A stretch of 64,000 nucleotides of DNA from Octopus vulgaris (Eukaryota). The position numbers and the translations under genes were made by a program. This document shows, piece after piece, positions 1 through 12,460 of this stretch. Below the pieces are notes generated by a model, which saw only the letters and a list, made by a program, of their open reading frames with translations, did not search any database and had not been told where the DNA came from. Location: NCBI GenBank assembly GCA_951406725.2, contig OX597831.1, forward strand, positions 46,686,001 to 46,750,000, in the 5' to 3' direction. Each line of letters starts with the position of its first letter. Position 1 is the first letter of the stretch.

Positions 1-340
1 TCCAGATATGAAAGTACCTCGACCATGAAAGTAACTCCAGATATGAAAGTAACTTGACCATGAAAGTAACTCCAGATATGAAAGTAACTTGACCATGAAA
101 GTAACTCCAGATATGAAAGTACCTTGACCATGAAAGTAACTCCAGATATGAAAGTACCTCGACCATGAAAGTAACTCCAGATATGAAAGTACCTCGACCA
201 TGAAAGTAACTCCAGATATGAAAGTACTTCGACCATGAAAGTAACTCCAGATTTGAAAGTACCTCGACCATGAAAGTAACTCTAGATATGAAAGTACCTC
301 GACCATGAAAGTAACTCCAGATTTGAAAGTACCTCGACCA
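1..340. repeat. 35-bp minisatellite, about 9.7 copies, runs off the window start
   Basis: Unit TCCAGATATGAAAGTACCTCGACCATGAAAGTAAC starts at 1, 36, 71, 106, 141, 176, 211, 246, 281, 316; it is itself a dimer of 18+17-bp halves sharing ATGAAAGTA. Confidence 0.95.
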
Positions 341-489
341 TCTTCTCACAGCTACAAATTCTGCCTTCCCCTACCGGATCCAAAATACCAACCGCGCTTT
401 TCATTAGCTTAACCACCTCTTTTCTTCATGCTCCCTCAACTCCTTTTCCCAATGGACAACGCGTCTCTGTATACAGGTCTCCTCCAAAA

Positions 490-706
490 TAGAGTCTTCT
501 TGCTCTCAAATACTGTTTCATTTTGCTCAGTTCACTCAGCCGAAATGAGTAACCACACGATGAAATGATGCTCTGTTCAGAGCGAATTTGGCCTGCCTGT
601 CTAGCCAGTGAGGTGGCATCATTTGAAAGCTACAACAATGCGAGGAAGTGTATTGTGACGAGCAGTGTATAACAACATTCGATTCTTTGGTCATCGATAC
701 AGTGAT
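490..706 (+). mobile_element. Diverged SINE fragment (central and 3' part)
   Basis: TTTCATTTTGCTCAGTTCACTCAGCCGAAATGAGT resembles the core of the SINEs at 31699 and 50211. Confidence 0.5.
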
Positions 707-1056
707 ATATGTGTATGTTCATGTATGCATGTATGCATACATATATGCATACACACACACACATATATATATATATACATATATATATACGTATATGTAT
801 ATACATATGCACATACAAGCATACATATATATATATATATGTATGTTTAAATACATGTATGTACATATATATATATACACGCATACATATATACATGTAT
901 GTATATATATGTTTATGTATATATATGTATATATATATACATACATATATGTATACATACATGTATGTGTACATATATATACATATGCATATATATATAT
1001 ATTTATATTTAAATATATACATATACATACGTTAATATGTGTTTATATATGTATAC

Positions 1057-1098
<42 letters not shown>

Positions 1099-1571
1099 AT
1101 ACATGCATACATACATACATACATGCATACATACATGTATGTATGTATGTATGTATGTATATGTGTATGAAAGAAAGAGAGATAGACAGAGAGAGGAAGG
1201 ACCGAGTACTGTAGTGAGGCTGATTATGATTTTCAATGATATGGCTAGAGGAAAGGCTGTAAGATAGAAACCAAACTTCACGATAAGCGAATACGTAGCG
1301 GTAGTGGAGATGCAAAGGATAGGATTATAAGCATGATAAATCGATGAAGCTTTATGACTTCAATTTAGGTTCCTGCCAATCGATTGTTTCCTCTACATTT
1401 CAAAGCTGCTTACCGAAATACATTTGTTAATAGTGAGAAAGTCAATTAGGGTCAACGATTCCTGTTTTTGTGTGCAGGTATGTGTTGTTGTACGTTTATT
1501 TCTATGTATGTATGTATGCATATATATGTGTATGTATGCATGCATATATGTGTGTATGTATGCATGCATGC

Positions 1572-1602
<31 letters not shown>

Positions 1603-2530
1603 TGTATGCAGGCATATATGTGTGTATGTATGCATGCATGCATGTATGTATTATGTATGTATGTATATACGTATGTATGTATATATGCATGTATGTATGT
1701 ACTCATGTATGTGTGTATGTATGTATGCATGTGTGTATGTATGTACGCATGTATGTATGTATGTATGTACGCATGTATGTGTGTATGTATGTATGTATGT
1801 ATGTATGTGTGTATGTATGTATGTATGTATGTACGCATGTATGTGTGTATGTATGCATGTATGTTTGTATGTATGTATGTACGCATATATATATGTATGT
1901 ATGCATGCATATATTTGTGTATGTATGTATGCGTGTATGTATGTATGTATGCATATATGTGCGTATGTATGTATGTATGCATGTATGTATGTATGCATAT
2001 ATGTATGTATGTATGTATGCATGTATGCATGTGCTTTTCAACATATATGTTCGTGAGTATTTCAGTGTATATTTGTGTATATGGACATGTATGTACGTGT
2101 TTGTCTGGTTGTTCTTGCTTGATTTTGTGTGTGTGCGCGTGTTTGCATACGTGGGTGTGTATGTGTGTGTGTGTGTGTGTATGTGTGTATGCGAGTATGT
2201 GAGTATGTGCGTGAGATATTTTTGCTAGTATGTGTTACTTTGTTTACGTGTGTACGTGTTTGCGTGTATGTTCTTCGTTTGTGTGTTGACTAGGTGTGAA
2301 TGCACGCTGGTGTGTCTGTGTGTATGTGTGTGCATGTGTGTGTATCTATGCTTGCGTATATGTGTGTTCCAGTGTGCGTGTATCTGCACTGTGCATGTAA
2401 AGGTGTGTGGGTTTCCGTGTTCTGTATGGCAGTGCGTCGAGTTTGTTCGTTTATGAGTGTGTGTCTGTATATGTGCGTGTGTGTGTGTGTGTGTGTGCGA
2501 GTGTGCATGTGGGTGTATGTGTGTATGTCT
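705..2530. repeat. Compound (TA)n/(TACA)n/(TATG)n/(TG)n microsatellite field with a unique spacer at about 1200-1490
   Basis: Direct inspection. Confidence 0.95.
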
Positions 2531-3126
2531 GACAACTGTGTTAGATAAAAGCCGGTTATGATTGATAGTCTTTATTTTGGCCTACAAATGACAAGAAAAG
2601 ATCTGGCAGCAATATAAGGCAGAACCGTCCTGTCACTGATCACTGTTCTTGATTGATATTCGAAACAAATGGCGGCATTAATCTTCAAAACACATTGAAA
2701 ATATTGAAACGCTGGGAAAATTTCTCGGCTCCCAAGAAGACAAACGGAGATTAAATTTATCAAATAATTTTTTTTTCTGATTGTTCTTAGTCGCTCTTTG
2801 TTGATCTTTGCCTTATTAATCCATTGTTAGGGGAAATGTAATGGTAAACGAAAGTTATTAACGTGGTTTATCACAAGCCATTGTTATAGTAATTAAATGT
2901 AGCAATTTTTATTGCAATTAATGGCTTCCATAGGACGTGCGAGTCTTAGATATTACAAGGTTATCAATCATAAATTCTCTCTATGTATCACTGATGTATT
3001 GGGACTAGATGTATATGGTAGAGCAGATATATTGTAATTTTGTAATAAAATATACTTACATTGTGCTTCTGAAAATAATTTAAGTAAAAGTAAAAGTCTA
3101 CGTGCACTGTGTTTATAAATAACATC

Positions 3127-3336
3127 TGTGTGTGCGTGCGTGCGTGCGTGCGTGCGTGCGTGTATGTGTGTGCGTGTGTGTGCGTGCGTGTATGTGTGTG
3201 CGTGTGCGTGCGTGCGTGCCTGTATGTGTGTGCGTGTGTGCATTTAAAATATGCATATATACATTTACATTTTATATTTATCTATGTGTGTATGTATATA
3301 TATATACTCACAAATATACATATGCATATATATATG

Positions 3337-3404
<68 letters not shown>

Positions 3405-3494
3405 CGTATGTATATATTTAAATATATATATCGTTTTTGTATCTCTTAACGCAACAATATATATATATATATTTCTGTGTTTAGGGATACAAAA

Positions 3495-3558
<64 letters not shown>

Positions 3559-3630
3559 TATATACATATATCTATGTGTGTATGTGTGTGTGTGTGTCCG
3601 TGTTTGTTTGATTGTATGTGTGTGTGCCTA
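3127..3630. repeat. (GTGC)n/(TG)n/(TA)n microsatellites
   Basis: Direct inspection. Confidence 0.95.
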
Positions 3631-4516
3631 TGTAAATATCCATATGGATACGAATGAAACTCGCTGTAGGGAGTTGGAATTTATCAGACTGTCAATGAAA
3701 TGACTGGAAGAATTCTAAAAATATTTCTAAGAGGTCAGAGCTCAGTTACCGAACGTTTCATTTGGATCACTTTTTATTTATTTATTTATTTATTCATTTA
3801 TTTATTTATTGTCATTAAATATACTTTCCAGGGAGATAAATTCTGATTGAGAATCTATTTCGAGAAAGTAGAACAAGTTCATTTCATCTGAAGAGACAAA
3901 ATATGTTGTTTTAATAGTTGTTCTTATCTAACCCCGGATCAATCATGATCCAGCAGACTTTGATAAAATGCATTCCAGCCGTGAATATCCAATCTGATTT
4001 GTAGATTTTTTAATTATTATTTTTTTTAATAAGTATATTTAAGTTGCATTAGCCAATATGATCTTCCTTGTTTGGAGATGCCTGGTTTAATGGTTAAGAC
4101 CTTGGACTCACGGTCTGTAGTGCTGGAATCGATTTTTGGACTCAGTAGTTTGTTGTGTGCTTGAGTAAGGTACTTCCTTCATTTTGCTTCCGTACATTCA
4201 ACTAAAAATGCCTGTCAGCCACGTGCAGTTCGGTGGAGAGCTTTGTACCCTTAGCATAAAGAACCTCCCTAACTCCGATAAGCTCTGGTGTCGTGAGCCA
4301 ACAGGTACCAGGCAGGACGAGATACTAGGGTAATTTAGTTGCTATCTCTAGCATGCCAAGCAACTATGTAACGCTTCTTTATCCAGTAGACAAGCAGAGG
4401 CTATATTTGTTTTCCGTGAAGTAGAATAATTCGAAATTTATGTCACGATGTTCTAAGTTTGATTTTCCTTCGCAGCCATCGACATGGCCCTTTATCATTC
4501 CGGAATTGATGTAATA

Positions 4517-5052
4517 TTGAGTTGTCCGGAAAGTTCGTGCCGGTTTATAGTAGATTACCTTTCCACTTACTTTAGAACGTTGTTGATTCCATAAAATAGG
4601 ATTTGACTATACCTCCATTTAGAGCACAGTTTAAGCTATCTTTTTGTAGAAGAATGTTTATGTCCCTATAACCATTGTTAATTCTGTAACCCTTTAAAAT
4701 GGAAGATAAGAAAGTTCATTTTCAGCACTTGACGTTTTGGGAACCAAACAAAAATTGCTGCAGCTCGGCTGCATATTCACCAGATATTGCTCCTTCGGAT
4801 TTCCACTTATTCAGAATAGTCTTAATGGTAAAAATTTTAATTCCGTGGATGATGTAAAAAGATACCTTGATGAATTCTTTTCCATGAAACCACCTCAATT
4901 CTGGGAAGAAGGTATTTTCAAGTTAAAGGAAAGATGGAGACGTATTGTGCAACAAAATGGTTCATATTTGGTTGATTAAAAATGTAATGGTAAGTATTTA
5001 TTGACCTTTTTCTTTCCTTTAATAATCGGCACGAACTTTCCGGACAACCCAA
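4517..5052 (+). mobile_element. Non-autonomous mariner, internally deleted (mellifera-subfamily-like)
   Basis: TIRs TTG(A/G)GTTGTCCGGAAAGTTCGTGCCG with TA on both sides; N-terminus MEDKKVHF joined directly to transposase C-terminus (QKLLQL...FWEEGIFKLKERWRRIVQQNGSYLVD). Confidence 0.92.
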
Positions 5053-5296
5053 TAAGTACCAGCCAAGTACAGAGACCTATACAATCAAATGTTGATTTAC
5101 CCGATGGCTATGTCAGATATCAGTAATTTTTGCTGTAGTAGTAATAGTTATGGATATGTCGCCCCGAGCAGCTCGATTCACATAGACCTATGGTTTGGAA
5201 ATCATTGGTCGAATTCAAGATATTTCATGACATTTTTAATGTATTTATTCTTTTCAATGCGTTGCTGTTGGAGATATAAACAACAATAATATATCG

Positions 5297-5533
5297 GTTT
5301 CAAATTTTGGCACAAGGCCAGCAATCTCAAGGGAGGGAGTAAGTAGATTGCATCGGCTCTAGTGTTTAGCTGGTACTTATTTTATCGATCTCGGTCGGAT
5401 GAAAGGCAAAGTCGACCTCGGACGGATGAAAGGCAAAGTCGACACCGGCGGCATTCGAACTCAGAGCATAAAGACGCACGAAATGCCGCAAGCACTTCGC
5501 CCGGCGTGCAAACGATTCTGCCAGTTCCCCGCA
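5297..5533 (-). mobile_element. tRNA-derived SINE family A, with an internal 27-bp tandem duplication
   Basis: Family body GGATGAAAGGCAAAGTCGACCTCGGCGGAATTTGAACTCAGAACG recurs many times in the window. Confidence 0.85.
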
Positions 5534-6284
5534 TTACAAAAACGATGTTGATATATAAGTAGTCGGTTCATTCAGCTCTAACCCTTTCCCGTTTGAGAAG
5601 TTCTTTTATATACTTATTATGAAACATTTATTTTTAGGTGACCATTATTAATTATTTGCGGAAAGTGAGTCTTCGGATTTGCTTGTCACAAATCGAGGAA
5701 TTTATTCAGTTCTTTTTGCTGCACATTAATAGAAAGGAAGAAAAGTGTTCTTTAATGTACGAGGAAGAAGTGTTTTGATCATGTTTTTGTTTGTATGTAT
5801 ATTTATTTTGCTAAAATGTTTAGGAGACGTGATGTAAAAATTAACCCCGAAAGTGTTCGTATATTGAGTTGTGTTTCACGACAGCTAAAGTAATTTCCGG
5901 AACTGAACAATAAACGTATGTCTGTATATCTTTTCTTTTGAATTGCCATTAGTCCCGTCAAAATGGCCGGAAATTTGTTTTTGTCGTTTCCGTTTGCGCG
6001 GAAAATAAGAATAAGAAAGTTATTGAACTCTGACTATCTTTATAATAGAACCGGTAACAACATGAAATATCATGATGAAATAGTTTATATCACAAATGGA
6101 AACTGCCTGAATCTTTGGCGATAAAAGAAATTTTTGTTTTGTTCGTTTTGAGTGTTTTTTGATTTTGTTTTCTTTCATAGTTTTAAATATTAACTACATT
6201 TTAAATACCTCCTAAAAGCATGTAAACACTTATGTCACTTGGCGATTATTTATCTCACAGAAATCGTAAGCCCCAATCATATGT

Positions 6285-6326
6285 GTACATACATACATAC
6301 ATACATACATACATACATACAGACAT

Positions 6327-6377
<51 letters not shown>

Positions 6378-6663
6378 GGCAGACAGACAGACAAACAGAC
6401 AAACAGGCAGATAGACAGACAGGCAGATAGACAGACAGGCAAACAAACAGACAGACTGATAGATAGACAGACAGACAAAAAGACAAACAGGCCGACAGAC
6501 AGATAATAGATAAATAGACAGACCGGCAAATAGATAGATAAACACATACGTACACACATGAATTCATGCATACATATATACATACACACACAGAGACAAA
6601 GAGACAGACAGACTGATAGTTAGATAGATAGCTTGATAAACAGACAGACAGACAAACAGCTAA

Positions 6664-6728
<65 letters not shown>

Positions 6729-6738
6729 TAGGGATAGG

Positions 6739-6807
<69 letters not shown>

Positions 6808-6810
6808 GCC
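6285..6810. repeat. (TACA)n-(GACA)n-(GATA)n-(GA)n compound microsatellite
   Basis: Direct inspection. Confidence 0.95.
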
Positions 6811-7915
6811 AACAAACATGCAAATAGACAGATGGATGCATGCATGTGTAAATATGTATGCCAGGCCTCTTGTAAGTCTCTCATGAAGGCAACTTATTAC
6901 ATGGAATCTGGCACAGTCTGTTGCTTGGATTGCCGGCAAGTAAACCGGAACCTCACAAGCCTGGCGAGGAGGGTTGCTAGAAACCTAGCCGGCCTCAAAG
7001 CAAGACTTGTTAAAAGGACGAACGAACCCAGTGTTGGATCGACGACTGTCTAGCAATAGCACGGGCCCTCAGAAATGCTGGAAGACCACTGGGAGGGAGG
7101 AACCCTCAGCTTTTGTAGAAGTATATCGCTAGGAGAAGATCCTTCTGATTTAAAACCGGATGTGCAGGAAAATGGCATTGGACATTTTAGGGTTCTTTTG
7201 TTTGCGCCTGAAAACATGGCGCTCCTGCATTCCTGAGCCCGCAACTCATATTGGCACAAGACATCTCGTCAGTAGCCTGAAGTGGGCATATGAGGTGTCG
7301 TTTACGCCTTATTTTACCTAATATTTTGCACAGGCATTCCTGACATTTTGCACAGGTTATTGCTGCTAAATGGTCAGTGATGGACTTGCTCGGTCTCAAA
7401 TGAACAGACATCACATCATTGTATGTATTTATGTATGTATGTATGTATGTATGTATGTATGTATGTATGTATTCATGGGTGTCTCGTGTTTGGATGCGTA
7501 TACGAGAAAGTCGCACTCTAACTTACAAGTATATTTTGTAGTAAAAACTATTCTAACATACATCTAGTGAAAGCTATTTTAGAGAGAAAACATTATTTTG
7601 TGCGTGTAAATTGCATGTATGCATGTATCAACCATGAAATCATATATAACGTTATATTCGACTTGAAAGAAAATAAATTTAATTGACTATAGCTGTTAAG
7701 AAATACTGTACATTAGTGTCGGTGAATACTGGTACATTAAGACAAAGCAGGTATATCGGTAATAGTTATATAATTCAAACAGCAAAGTGCAATAAAAAGG
7801 AATGAAATCCTATAGATATAATACATGAGCACAAGGCAAGAAAATGTTTTATTAGTATTGTACACAGTAAACAATAAAAGTTCCAGTGAATAGTATGTAA
7901 CAAGACACAACTTAC

Positions 7916-9175
7916 AATAACAGGTTTATCATCTGCTAAATCTAAGGAATCTTCATCTCCTGAACTAGGTAAACTAGTTTCATCAAAGCCTAAACACTTG
8001 TCCACATTGCTGGCATTCATATTATAAGCTCCATTACTAGAATTCCCATCAATAGGATCCACATTTTCAATATGTTCTTCCAATAATAAATCGCACTCAG
8101 TTCCATGAAAGGTATTGTCTAAAACTTCACAACTACTCTTCATTTTACGGCGTTTCATAAACTTTTCATAGACACCTGTTTAATAGTAGATTTCATTTCT
8201 TTTTTTAAATCTGTCATATATCAGTGTAAATCAATAATTTTATCTTCGTATTTTGAATGTTCCTTTTTCGTGTGCTATTCATATTCTAGTACCAACAAAA
8301 ACGCAAAGGACTTCGCAACTACCTCTTATTTTTCGGCATTTTATAAACTTTTATTATACACCTGTGCTATAGTTGGTCTCTTCTTCCTTCCTATCAGTGT
8401 CTCTTCGGAGTTTGAAACCTGGATCCATATGTTCTATTCTTCCTTCATTAAACCTTTAACTGACTAATACACACGTACAAATACGGCAAGTGACTAGTTA
8501 TACCTTATTACAATTGCCTTTTTACAACTTCCGTATTACAACTTCCTTTTTATCAAGTTCATTCCTATAAACCTGAAATTGATCTTAAACTAATAAAGCG
8601 GATTTCTTTAATTGCTCATCAGAACGGCTGACACACTTTATCAAAGCATAATTTTATTCCTCCCTTACCTATCTAATCTTCTTGGTGGACATCTTTATAA
8701 CTTTCACTGTGTATACTTCCTTCAAGCCATACCTTTCATTTAAAAATCGGAAATGGCCGTAGTTTTGTGCCACCAACGCGTTATGTTAAAACAAGTGTGT
8801 CGTGTGCTTTTGAATGGTCACATATTTTATTAGTGACAGATTTAGAATTTCTTTGTTTTATAGATGGTACTTAAAATGGCAGATTGACTTCGTCCATATT
8901 TGCTCTCTGTTTAAGTTCAAAATTATTTTCTTTTCCTATATTAATCACACATTCAGAAGGTTCCTCTTTAGTGATATTTTGGGGGAGCCCCGTAACCCAA
9001 ACTTTTCCCTGTACAGAGCAGCTTTGGGAGTGTGTGCGTGCAGTTTCTTTATATTTTGGTCAGAGGAATTACCAACAGAATACGAAATCATAGGTTTAGC
9101 GGTGGTACTTTGTATTACCACGATCTGCCAACAGGATATAGCGCCATCGCTATTGTTTGGTCAATCACTTACCAT
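7916..9175 (-). pseudogene. Decayed multi-exon gene-like segment with small introns and an RRM-like motif
   Basis: Minus strand: ATG|GTAAGT at 9175-9173, 48-nt intron, exon from 9124 containing GKVWVTGLPQNITKEE after a frameshift; candidate exons 8732-8669, 8572-8504, 8453-8362 and 8175-7916 (ends ATT|GTAAGT); mostly phase-compatible but with stops and frameshifts. Confidence 0.45.
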
Positions 9176-9210
9176 GTAGCTGATTGACAGCTGAGGTTGT
9201 CGACATACCG

Positions 9211-9354
9211 TTAATCTTGTTAATTGTATTTTCATTCTCCAGTAGATATCAAGCAAATGTTTCTAAAAGCTACGCGATCTTAAAATAATGTAAGATATTT
9301 TATGTATTGCATATACTGTGGAAAGGACCACGGTGGACGAGATGAGCTTCTACT
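9211..9354. repeat. Left arm of a 144-bp inverted repeat (partner 10930-11073)
   Basis: Reverse-complement alignment shows about 13 mismatches and no gaps. Confidence 0.9.
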
Positions 9355-9808
9355 TTCAAAGTCAATATTTATCTGTAACTTTGCGTTAAGAGATAATGAT
9401 ACAGCCACCCTTGAATATTACATGCCGTATTTATTTTGTCAACGATCTATTATCAATTTGTTTTGCAGTCACAGAAGAATGGTTTCTTTATCTGTCATGA
9501 GATGACTTGGTCGTTTGTCATAGGGATTGATAATTTTTTATAGTGACAACATGAAAGGGACGCTGAAGAACATCTGTGATTATTTCGATTGATTATAATT
9601 ATTTTATTTTGGTTATATTTTTAATAAAGCAGTTCTTGCACCTTGTAGACTGTTACCCGCACGACTTACTAACCAGGTTCGTGCGTCTGAAACACCCAAA
9701 TTCTCTTCTATATCATAGGTGTATTAGGCGCAGGGTAATCTTTGAATGTTTTCTTTTGGTAAAAAGTCGCTTCTTATACGCTGGCAAGAAAACCAGTTGT
9801 GAATGTTT

Positions 9809-9998
9809 TGGTGACCATGGCCTAGTGGTTAGAGCAGCTGACTCGCGGTCGTGGGTTCGCGGGTTCGAATCTCAGATCGGGCGATGTGTATGTTTATGAG
9901 CGAAACACCTAAGCTCCACGCAGCTCCAGCAGAAGGTAATGGTGAACTTCTGCTGACTCTTTTGCCACAATTTTCTCTCACTCTTTCCTCCTGCATCT
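9809..9998 (+). mobile_element. tRNA-derived SINE family C, 3'-truncated
   Basis: A box TGGCCTAGTGG, B box GGTTCGAATC; body matches 11503-11820. Confidence 0.85.
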
Positions 9999-10168
9999 AG
10001 ATAGACGTTCACGGAGTCTGCCACGGTCTACCCGCAAACATTTCAGTTGGTTTTAAATGTTTTGCTGTGAAAGTTAATCCCTGTATTAACATCGGGATAT
10101 TTTCTGTTTCAGTATCAATTTCGAGATGATGGTGAGAAGTATATGAGCGATTATAAGTATATGTCTAT

Positions 10169-10400
10169 AGGGCGGCGTGCTGGCAGACACGTTAGCGCGC
10201 CGGGTGAAATGCTTAGCGGTTTTTCGTCTGTCGTTACGTTCTGAGTTCAAATTCCGCCGAGGTCGACTTTGCCTTTCATCCTTTCGGGGTCGATAAATAA
10301 AGTACCAGTTTCGCACTGGGGTCGATGTAATCGACTGAATCCCTCTGTCTGTCCTTGTTTGTCCCCTCTATGTTTAGCCCCTTGTGGGCGATAAAGAAAT
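10169..10400 (+). mobile_element. SINE family A (A2 tail variant)
   Basis: Head GGCGGCGTGCTGGCAG, B-box-like GAGTTCAAATTCC, tail CCCTTGTGGGCGATAAAGAAATA. Confidence 0.9.
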
Positions 10401-10929
10401 ATATATGTATATGTCTATGTATGGATTCTTGATTGTGTGTATAGTAATATATATATATATAGGCATGCAAGAATTTAATTATACATGTAATTGTGTTTTA
10501 CCTGTTTCCAGCTCATTTTCTGCTGCTTTGTCTGTGTTCCACTGTAATTACCCTCCCTTCCATTCTCCTCACAATACTTTAACGTGAATGTCTTCCTACT
10601 TATGGTTGTTTGATGTATTGTGCCCATCTCTCTTCCTGAAGCCTCAAGTTTGGGAAAGAAGCACGGAAAGGGTTATCCCGCTTTCTGTACGTTTTTGTCT
10701 AAAGATAAGCATTTTCCTGGCTTAGAAATATTTTTAAAAATGACTGAGAAACAAACCATTCATAGTTGACTTAATGCTCATATTTTGGATGAACGAGTAT
10801 TTTCAAATACCCGATAAAATTAATGAACAGGCAATATCTTTAAATAGAGTAGGAAGAAAATGAAAGCTTTAAAGGCAATAACATACGTAATTGCTAAAAT
10901 TAAGGAAAGATTATTAAGTGAAAGTTCGC

Positions 10930-11073
10930 AGTAGAAGCTCATCTCATCCGCTGCGGTCCTTTCCTCAGTATATGCAATACGTAAAATATCTTACATTATT
11001 TTACGATCGCGTAGCCTTTAGAGACATTTGTTTGATGTCTACTGGCGAATGAAAATACAATTAATAAGATTAA
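10930..11073. repeat. Right arm of the 144-bp inverted repeat
   Basis: Reverse complement of 9211-9354. Confidence 0.9.
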
Positions 11074-11236
11074 AGTGAAGAATACATGCATAAAATTATA
11101 TAATTAAGGTCCTGATAGTAAAAGATCTAAATTCTTAAATCTTCGGGCAATTTAGAACCTACTTTAGATAGAATTTTTTAAAATTCTATAGAAAATTGCA
11201 TGGGAGGGAAAGATCTTCCTTCTACAGAAACAGTAA

Positions 11237-11470
11237 GTGCAGGTGCGTGGCTTAGTGGTGAAGGCATTTGGCATACAACCTTGAGTTCGATTCCCGGTAG
11301 TGCATTGTGTTCTTGCCACATTCTGTGTCACTAAATCTCTCAAGGAACTACGTTAAGGGCACATGTCTGTGGAGCTGGCTCAGCCACTTGCACATTAACT
11401 TCACGAGCGGGCTGTTCTGTTGACCGGATCAACTGGAACCCTTGTCGTCGTAAGCGATGGAGTGCCAGTT
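11237..11470 (+). mobile_element. tRNA-derived SINE, internally deleted
   Basis: A box TGGCTTAGTGG, B box GAGTTCGATTCC. Confidence 0.7.
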
Positions 11471-11502
11471 AGCTTGTTACAATAAGGAAGGTAAACTACA
11501 AT

Positions 11503-11820
11503 TAGTGGAGGCACATGGCCTAGTGGTTAAAGCAGCTGACTCGTGGTCGAGGGATCGCGGCTTCGAATCTCAGACCGGGCGATGTGTGTGTGTGTTTATG
11601 AGCGAAACAACTAAGCTCCTCGCAGCTCCAGCAGAAGGTAATGGCAAAATTCTGCTGACTTTTTCGCCACAACTTTCTCTCACTCTTTCCTCCTGCATCT
11701 AGCAGCTCGCCTGCGACGGACCGACGTCCTGTCCAGGTGGGGAACTTATACGCCAATGAAACTGGGAAACCAGTCCTTATGAGCCAGGCATGGCTCGAGA
11801 AAGAACAAATAACAACAAAC
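11503..11820 (+). mobile_element. SINE family C, near full length
   Basis: tRNA-like head, body shared with 9809, (AAC)-rich tail. Confidence 0.85.
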
Positions 11821-11894
11821 TACAATTACAGTTCTTCCTCAGCAGAAAGAGCATTTTCTTTAATGAATATTATTTGAAATAATGACTTTCATTT

Positions 11895-12325
11895 ATCGTT
11901 TATCTTTTACTTGCTTCAGTCGTTAGATTGCGGCCATGCTGGGGTTTTGAAGAGTTTAGTCGAACGAATCGAATCCAGTGCTTATTTTTGAGCCCTGTAC
12001 TCATTCTATTGGTCTCTTTTGCCGAACCACAAATTTAGAGGATGTAAACAAACCAGCACCGATTGTCAAGTGATGGTGGGGGTACAAAGAAAAATACTCG
12101 CACACACAAGCACATGCACACACACACACACTCACACACGCACACACACATACACACATATGTACGACGGTCTTCATTCAGTTTCTGTTTACCAAATCAA
12201 CTCACAGGGAAGCGGTCGGTCCGTGACTATAGAAGACACTTGCCCAAGTTGCCACACAGTGGGACTGAATCCAAAACAACGTAGTTACAAAGCCGGCTTC
12301 TTAACGACACACGCAATCCTACGCT
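11895..12325 (-). mobile_element. SINE family B (CORE-SINE-like, internal microsatellite)
   Basis: Reverse complement of the consensus seen at 21835 and 25810. Confidence 0.85.
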
Positions 12326-12460
12326 TCTATGTTTTCTTAATAGTTCGTTATTGCAGTCGATTCCTTTTAACTGCTTAGTTTCGTGATAAAATATAAACGA
12401 GACGATAGTGTAAAATAACATCATTCGTGGGATGGGCGATAAACTAGAAGATTTTAATAT

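Noticed and set aside
1-340. CRISPR-like periodic repeat
   Set aside because: No unique spacers, no cas genes, eukaryotic context
630-2548. Long overlapping ORFs rich in Y/I/M/V/C/H/T, here and throughout the window
   Set aside because: Translations of stop-free di- and tetranucleotide microsatellites
8814-9179. 121-aa hydrophobic plus-strand ORF
   Set aside because: Probably the antisense shadow of the minus-strand gene-like segment
11503-11580. tRNA gene-like sequences (also 9809, 19550, 31699, 49270)
   Set aside because: SINE heads continuing into repeat bodies; no complete cloverleaf
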